A stretch of 7,438 nucleotides of DNA, taken from Thecamonas trahens ATCC 50062 (Eukaryota > Protista > Apusomonadida). Below the pieces are notes generated by a model that searched no databases, was not told the origin of the DNA, and saw only the letters and a list, made by a program, of their open reading frames with translations. Position numbers and translations under genes: made by a program. Within the stretch, counting starts at the first letter, position 1. Each line of letters opens with the position of its first letter. Shown here piece after piece: positions 1-5,797 of the stretch. The stretch is taken from positions 428,588-436,025 of the forward strand of contig NW_013657654.1 of the NCBI RefSeq assembly GCF_000142905.1, written 5' to 3'.

Positions 1-2
1 CA

Positions 3-441
3 GATTTCGCGGCGCTGGCGGCGAGCGTGGCGACTGCGGAACCGCCATTCGGCGAGTACGTTGATGCTCAGTATGTGGGGCGGATCCCGATTGAGAACGA
101 TTCACTCGAGGCGTGGCGGTATGAGTTTGAGTGCCAGTTCACGGCGCGGAGCCTCCGATACTGTTTCTTCCTCACCGACGGCGGTAAGATTGTGCGGGCC
201 ATGGCGCAGGCGGACCGGACAGCCCACTCCCGGGCGTCGCAGCATGACGTAATGATCTCGTACAGGTCAACCGACGCCGGCTTTGTTGACGTCTTGCAGG
301 CTTACCTCGAAGACCACGGGGTCTCGGTCTGGCGCGACCGGCGGATGGAGGCCGGGACCGACTGGTCGTCGACCATCGCGGCGGCGTCGCGTGGAGCGTC
401 GTCAATCCTCATCTCGGCGCTCTCGCGCAACTACCTCGCCT
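3..441 (+). CDS. Partial TIR-domain protein (open at the window start, truncated by N gap)
   Basis: Frame is open from base 3. From 243 it reads HDVMISYRSTDAGFVDVLQAYLEDHGVSVWRDRRMEAGTDWSSTIAAASRGASSILISALSRNYLA. This matches the TIR/TIR_2 pattern (DVFISY..D, L...G..VW.D, G..W...I..A, hydrophobic strand-S.NY). True start and stop are not visible. Confidence 0.88.
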
Positions 442-1330
442 NNNNNNNNNNNNNNNNNNNNNNNNNNNNNNNNNNNNNNNNNNNNNNNNNNNNNNNNNNN
501 NNNNNNNNNNNNNNNNNNNNNNNNNNNNNNNNNNNNNNNNNNNNNNNNNNNNNNNNNNNNNNNNNNNNNNNNNNNNNNNNNNNNNNNNNNNNNNNNNNNN
601 NNNNNNNNNNNNNNNNNNNNNNNNNNNNNNNNNNNNNNNNNNNNNNNNNNNNNNNNNNNNNNNNNNNNNNNNNNNNNNNNNNNNNNNNNNNNNNNNNNNN
701 NNNNNNNNNNNNNNNNNNNNNNNNNNNNNNNNNNNNNNNNNNNNNNNNNNNNNNNNNNNNNNNNNNNNNNNNNNNNNNNNNNNNNNNNNNNNNNNNNNNN
801 NNNNNNNNNNNNNNNNNNNNNNNNNNNNNNNNNNNNNNNNNNNNNNNNNNNNNNNNNNNNNNNNNNNNNNNNNNNNNNNNNNNNNNNNNNNNNNNNNNNN
901 NNNNNNNNNNNNNNNNNNNNNNNNNNNNNNNNNNNNNNNNNNNNNNNNNNNNNNNNNNNNNNNNNNNNNNNNNNNNNNNNNNNNNNNNNNNNNNNNNNNN
1001 NNNNNNNNNNNNNNNNNNNNNNNNNNNNNNNNNNNNNNNNNNNNNNNNNNNNNNNNNNNNNNNNNNNNNNNNNNNNNNNNNNNNNNNNNNNNNNNNNNNN
1101 NNNNNNNNNNNNNNNNNNNNNNNNNNNNNNNNNNNNNNNNNNNNNNNNNNNNNNNNNNNNNNNNNNNNNNNNNNNNNNNNNNNNNNNNNNNNNNNNNNNN
1201 NNNNNNNNNNNNNNNNNNNNNNNNNNNNNNNNNNNNNNNNNNNNNNNNNNNNNNNNNNNNNNNNNNNNNNNNNNNNNNNNNNNNNNNNNNNNNNNNNNNN
1301 NNNNNNNNNNNNNNNNNNNNNNNNNNNNNN
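442..1330. other. Assembly gap (889 N)
   Basis: Run of N. It hides the 3' ends of both the TIR gene and the convergent cyclase gene. Confidence 1.
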
Positions 1331-4300
1331 GAGTCGGTGTCGTGTCGTCTCGCGGCAGGGCTTGAGAGCAGGGGACAAGGAAAGTGCCCGCGCCCGGGAA
1401 CTGCTCCGAACCCGAACTCTCCGCTTGCGGGTGACGGCATGTGAGACCTTTGAGGCGTCGAGGCATCGGATGCGCCCGAAGCTTCGCTGCTGTTGCCATC
1501 GCCATCGATGATGCGGCTGTTGCGTGCGCGAGCAACAGCCAGATGCGTCCCAACTTGACCATGGGAGGCTGACAAGACCATGTTGCGCGCCGATCTCGTG
1601 CGGAGAGCGCGTGGCTCGCGCGGGCTAGTTCTGGCCATGTTGCGGTGGGTTTTGGTGCGACGGACGGCACAACGTTCGATCTCGTCTGACGACGTGTGGG
1701 CGCGGGCAGTTTGCGAGCCGTTGCGATCTTGAAGACAGGCATGGCCACGAGGCGAGATGACACCCGCAACATGATACTCGGTTGAACGGAGCGAAATCGA
1801 GCGCGGGCGGGACAGCCTGGTGCCAGACGGAGAGCGGCCGCGCGAGTTTGCGAGCCTCTCCGAGGGCGAAGTGCCCTCGATCGAGTGACGCACAAGTGCT
1901 TCGACGAGGGCAACACCGGATGGTGGATCGGCAGCCGTGTTGGGTGGACTGCTGGTGGCGAGGGAGTTGGCCATGGGAAAGGTGTTGGTTGTTGACTTGC
2001 CGAGCGAGCTGAGCGCTTGCTTTGTAGTCATGCGATTGGCGAGCGCCGGTGCGGCCACAATGTCGCTGGGGGTGGCGTCTTCGTCGGGCCAGACGCTGGC
2101 AAATACGTCACCAGGGAGCAGGGTGGCTGATCTGGCGATGCGCCGCATGCGGTCGTCGGTAAAGCACAGCGAGCGAGAAGCAAGGTCAGCTGGAAGCATC
2201 TCCCAGATTTCGCACGGCTGGGCGAGGCCGCTGAAAACGAGGACAGCCAACGGCGCAAGTGCAACAGCGGAGCGGGAGGTGCTCGGGCTAGGCNNNNNNN
2301 NNNNNNNNNNNNNNNNNNNNNNNNNNNNNNNNNNNNNNNNNNNNNNNNNNNNNNNNNNNNNNNNNNNNNNNNNNNNNNNNNNNNNNNNNNNNNNNNNNNN
2401 NNNNNNNNNNNNNNNNNNNNNNNNNNNNNNNNNNNNNNNNNNNNNNCGGCCGTAGTGAACGCCCATTCGAACGCGGATTCCGTTCCAGCACGCGGGTCTT
2501 CCCTCGGCCATGAGGCTCAGCAACCAGTTTGGCCACGACACGTCCATAAGCGCGCGTTGGACACCGCAAGTAAAGCTGATCATGGCCTCGACATCTTCAT
2601 AGGCGACAAAGAAAGCGTCGCCCTCAGTCTTGAACTCGTAGCCGCCGGTGGCGGCAATGGCGGCGCGCATGATCTCGTTGTGCTTGTCGAGAACAAGGAT
2701 CATCTGTTCTGGATTGGCCTCCCACAGGGCGGTCGAGTCCTGGATGTCGGTGGTGACAATAAAGATCTCGCCCTGGGGCGCCTTGTCCGCCAGTGCGGCG
2801 TGGTACGCCGAGACAGACGCTGACCGCCGCGACCGGTAGAGGAGAACAATTGCGGCGATGAGGACAAGGCACAGGACCAAAAGCGCCCCGCTCATGGCAG
2901 CCACCGTCACAATTGACACACCGCCCTCGGTGGTCTTGGTGTTCGGTGGACACTCCACATCTGCCGCCGAGCACATGCCACACGACTTGAGCGTCTTTCC
3001 CGAGTTGGGGATGCCATCGCAGCCGGCACACACGGTGTTGTTGCCGTAGCAAGTGCCACAGTCGTCCTTGGCGAGATTGGAGCCAAAGCAAGCGCCGCAG
3101 TCGTCCATGGCCGCGTTGTGACCACGGCACACGCCGCAGTCGTCGCGATCGGCGTCGCCGCCAAAGCAGACGCCACAAGAGTCGCGATCGACGTTACCGC
3201 GGAAGCAGATGCCGCAGTCGTCGCGGAAAAAGTTGGCCGTGGGAATGAGCGACGTCCCGCCGGTGCACGAGTTGCACTCGTCGATGGCGGCGGTGCCGCT
3301 GCAAGTTCCGGTGCAGTCGTAGGTGGCGGACGAGCCGAGGACGCCGTCGCAGCCCATGATGCACGACGAGCCGTCGCCGCCACAGACACCGCAGAGATCA
3401 AAGAGCGCGCCGCCGTCAGAGACACGGATCCCGTCGCAGCCGACGCACGTCGAGTTGTCGCCATCGCACACGCCGCAGGCATCGAGGACTCCGGACGCAC
3501 AGGTGGTGCAGGTCAGATCCTGGCCAAAGCACACGCCACACGAGTCGAGGTGGTAGTTGTACGGGAGCGGAGTCGAGACGTTGCCGCCGGCACACATGCC
3601 GCAACTGTCGATGGTGGCGTTGCCGCCGCACACGCCGTGGCAGTCGTAGTGGATGCTCGAGCCGTAGACGCCGTCGCAGCCGACGTAGCATACAGTGGCG
3701 TTGCCGCCACAAACGCCACACGCGTCGAAATGTGCGCCGCCTGAGGGAATCGGCACCCCGTCGCAGCCCGAGGGCAGGACGAGCCGTCGCCCATCGCACA
3801 CGCCGCATACGTCGCGGACGAGGCCCGAGTTGGGCACCCCGTCGCAGCCGGCGCAGGTCGTGTTCGAGCCAAAGCAGACACCGCATTTCGTCCTTGTGGG
3901 GCGTTGGCGCCAAAGCAGACACCGCAGTCGTCGCGATCGGCGTTGCCGCCAAAGCACACGCCGCAGTCGTCGCGATCAGCGTTGGGCTGGCGGTTGGTGG
4001 TGCCACCGGAGCAGACGTTGCATGCGTCGAGGATGGCGTTGCCATCGCAGGTGCCGGCGCAGTCCATGCCGTTAGGGTGCGCGCAGGTGGTGCAGGGCGC
4101 GCCTGGGGTGAGGCAGGCGTAGCCGGGCTCGAGCTGGCAGGATGATGAGCAGCCATCGCCTGGAGCTGTGTTGCCATCGTCGCAGGATTCGAGGCCGGGC
4201 GTGACGACCGAGTCGCCGCAGGAGGAGAGCGGTGGGGGCGGGGGGGAGGGTGGCCGAGGTGGTGAGGGGGGAGGGGTGGTGACAGGGGAGGGGTGGCGGT

Positions 4301-5797
4301 GAGGGCGGTGGCGGCGAGGGGGAGGGGTGGTGAGGGAGGTGGAGGTGGTGAGGGGGGAGGTGGGGGCGGTGAAGGAGGAGGTGGCGGCGATGGGGGAGGG
4401 GGTGGTGAGGGAGGTGGGGGTGGTGAGGGTGGCGGCGGTGGCGATGGCGGTGGGGGCGGCGATGGAGGTGGGGGTGAGGGTGGTGGTGGCGGCGAGGGAG
4501 GAGGAGGCGGTGCTGTGCAGGTTGTTGGAGCCGAGCCAGTGCATGACCATCCGGCCTCTACAACGCACGCGGACGAGCATCCATCATTAGCCAACGTGTT
4601 GCCGTCGTCGCACGCCTCGGCGCTCTCGAGATAGCCATCGCCACAGGTGAAAGGGGCGGGTACGGTGGTGTGGGTGAGGGCCGGAGCTGATCGCGGGCGC
4701 GAACACTGGCCGGCAACGGAGCCGCCACAGCCGACGCCAGCCTGGTTGGAGTTGTCAGAGCCCTGAAGACGAAAGAGGCCGACAAGGCCGGTTTCGCAGC
4801 CGGTGAGCGCAGTGTTGACATCCGCGGCGATTTCGGCTGCCGAACGGGAGTAGTTCCAGATGCGGACGTCCCAGACGCGATCGGTTTGATCCCACTTGAC
4901 ACGGAAATGTCCCATGTGGAGGCCAGGATCGTCCTGCGACATGCGAAAGTCGGCGTTGCTCTCCTGGATGATGCGCGAGTCCTTGAGGACGCCGTCGAGG
5001 TAGATGGACCATTCGTCGGTCGTCGAGTCGAATGCACCGGAGAGATGGACGTCTGTGGCGATGTCAATGGAGCCTGTGGGCGCCTCTGACTCGTACCACG
5101 CGTAGCCGGTGGTTGCCTGGAATGCGATTGTCCGGTATGCCTCCCAGGAGTTGCCTGGCTGGTCGAAGATGTCATCACCAGCAACGCGCATGGCAAACTC
5201 GGTCGAGGCCGAGCGGTAGTAGAGAACGTCGACACGCGAGGTGAGGGCAGTGTTGTCGAGATTGACCTTGGCCTCGAGCGTCATGTCGCCTGTGAGATCG
5301 AGTGAGGGCCAAGCGCCGGCTGGCGGCGGAGTGTAGCTGCACTCAGGCCCAAAGTGAGTAGCCGGTGGAGCTGGTGACGAGCCCGTGGACGTCTTCCGTG
5401 CCCAGTCCACCGAATACCCAGTGTCGCGCGTGTAGGTGTCTGAATCAAAGACCACGACGATTTGCGGCGAGTCGAAGAACATGGTGGTGCCTGGCGTAAG
5501 CGATCCACTGAGCTTGACGACCAGCTTTGAGACATCTGGCGTTGTGGTACCTTCATAGATGTACATGTAGTCGTAGTCGACTTCGGTGTTAAAAGCATTG
5601 AAAACAAGCTCAATGCCGCCGTGGGTGAAATCAAAGGTGTACGTGCAGAGCTCGAGGTTATTGTACAACGAGCCGGGCGTTGCGAAATTTCCAGCAGTGA
5701 GTGAACCTGCTGACGTATGGGTCTGGTCTGAGCAAGCCGAGACTGTAGCGGTGAAAAGAGCGAGAGCGAGAGCAAGAGTGGCGAGTGAGGACAACAT
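1331..5797 (-). CDS. Receptor-type class III nucleotide (adenylate-like) cyclase, type I membrane protein with multidomain ectodomain; frameshifted in this assembly, stop not seen
   Basis: ATG at 5797 is followed by a signal peptide. ORFs 3416..5797, 3513..4580 and 409..3957 join into one protein when single-base indels in G/C/A runs at about 4265-4325 and 3886-3901 are corrected; repeat units continue across the junctions. It ends in TM + cyclase, with the frame open to the gap at 1331. Confidence 0.88.
2173..2781 (-). other. Class III nucleotide cyclase domain (middle hidden by gap)
   Basis: APQGEIFIVTTDIQDSTALWE...HNEIMR...GGYEFKTEGDAFFVA...WP..LL...WNGIRVRMGVHYG is typical of fungal CYR1/trypanosomatid-type adenylate cyclases. 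After the gap, PLAVLVFSGLAQPCEIWEMLPADLASR aligns with the paralog. Confidence 0.93.
2294..2446. other. Assembly gap (153 N) inside cyclase domain
   Basis: Run of N covering the D-Y-x-G..VN.A.R catalytic segment. Its size is close to that of the corresponding segment in the paralog. Confidence 1.
2836..2919 (-). other. Single transmembrane helix
   Basis: VSIVTVAAMSGALLVLCLVLIAAIVLLY followed by RSRR (positive-inside). Confidence 0.92.
2950..4085 (-). repeat. Cys-rich stalk of D-x-CGVC-x-G and GCDG repeats, including 39-nt (13-aa) tandem units
   Basis: Many DxCGxCxG motifs. 39-nt units at 3901-3939 and 3940-3978 differ at 4 positions; five 13-aa units lie at about 3040-3225. Several N-x-S/T sequons (NTT, NAT, NVS, NST, NNT). 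Confidence 0.9.
4092..4220 (-). repeat. Myxococcus-type cysteine-rich repeat, copy 2
   Basis: CGDSVVTPGLESCDDGNTAPGDGCSSSCQLEPGYAC in ORF 3513..4580. Confidence 0.88.
4228..4510 (-). repeat. Ser-Pro4-6 (extensin-like) tandem repeat, about 15 units, coding
   Basis: (SPPPPP)n translation; 15-21 nt imperfect units, very G-rich on the + strand. Register is lost by indels at about 4265-4325. Confidence 0.92.
4517..4645 (-). repeat. Myxococcus-type cysteine-rich repeat (DUF4215-like), copy 1
   Basis: CGDGYLESAEACDDGNTLANDGCSSACVVEAGWSC matches CGDG.....E.CDDGN....DGCS..C..E.GW.C. Confidence 0.88.
4766..5305 (-). other. LamG/concanavalin A-like (Laminin_G_3/pentraxin-like) domain
   Basis: DMTLEAKVN ... 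HLSGAFD.....SIYLDGVL ... DVRIWNYSRSAAEI......LTGCETGLVGLFRL matches the family pattern (T.EAWV, H.A..YD, .Y.DG, .VRIWN.ARS..EI, L.G.E.GLV.Y). Confidence 0.82.
5402..5734 (-). other. CUB domain
   Basis: C...GSL....Y.NLELCTYTF....IELVFNAFNTEVDYDYMYIYEG....KLSGS.....IVVVFDSDTYTRDTGYSVDW carries the CUB hallmarks (Y.N...C.W/Y, F..E..YD.L.IY.G, F.SD......GF/Y). Confidence 0.88.

Noticed and set aside
283-1916. Long ORFs spanning the N gap (283..1365, 402..1916, 431..1378 and the tail of 27..1511)
   Set aside because: Their length comes from untranslatable Ns; frame across the gap is unknown.
3040-3980. 39-nt periodic repeats as a CRISPR array
   Set aside because: The units are contiguous, in-frame and degenerate at codon positions, with no unique spacers; they encode CxxC peptides.
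2950-4085. CxxC motifs as multiheme cytochrome or ferredoxin sites
   Set aside because: No CxxCH or CxxCxxC...CP spacing, and the region is predicted extracellular with glycosylation sequons.
3886-4325. Programmed frameshifting, phase variation or pseudogenisation
   Set aside because: The indels sit in short homopolymers and are clustered, some compensate, and no in-frame stops appear in the reconstructed protein. Sequencing error in a gappy draft is simpler.
4293-4634. Gly-rich + strand ORF
   Set aside because: It is the antisense shadow of the SPPPP repeat.
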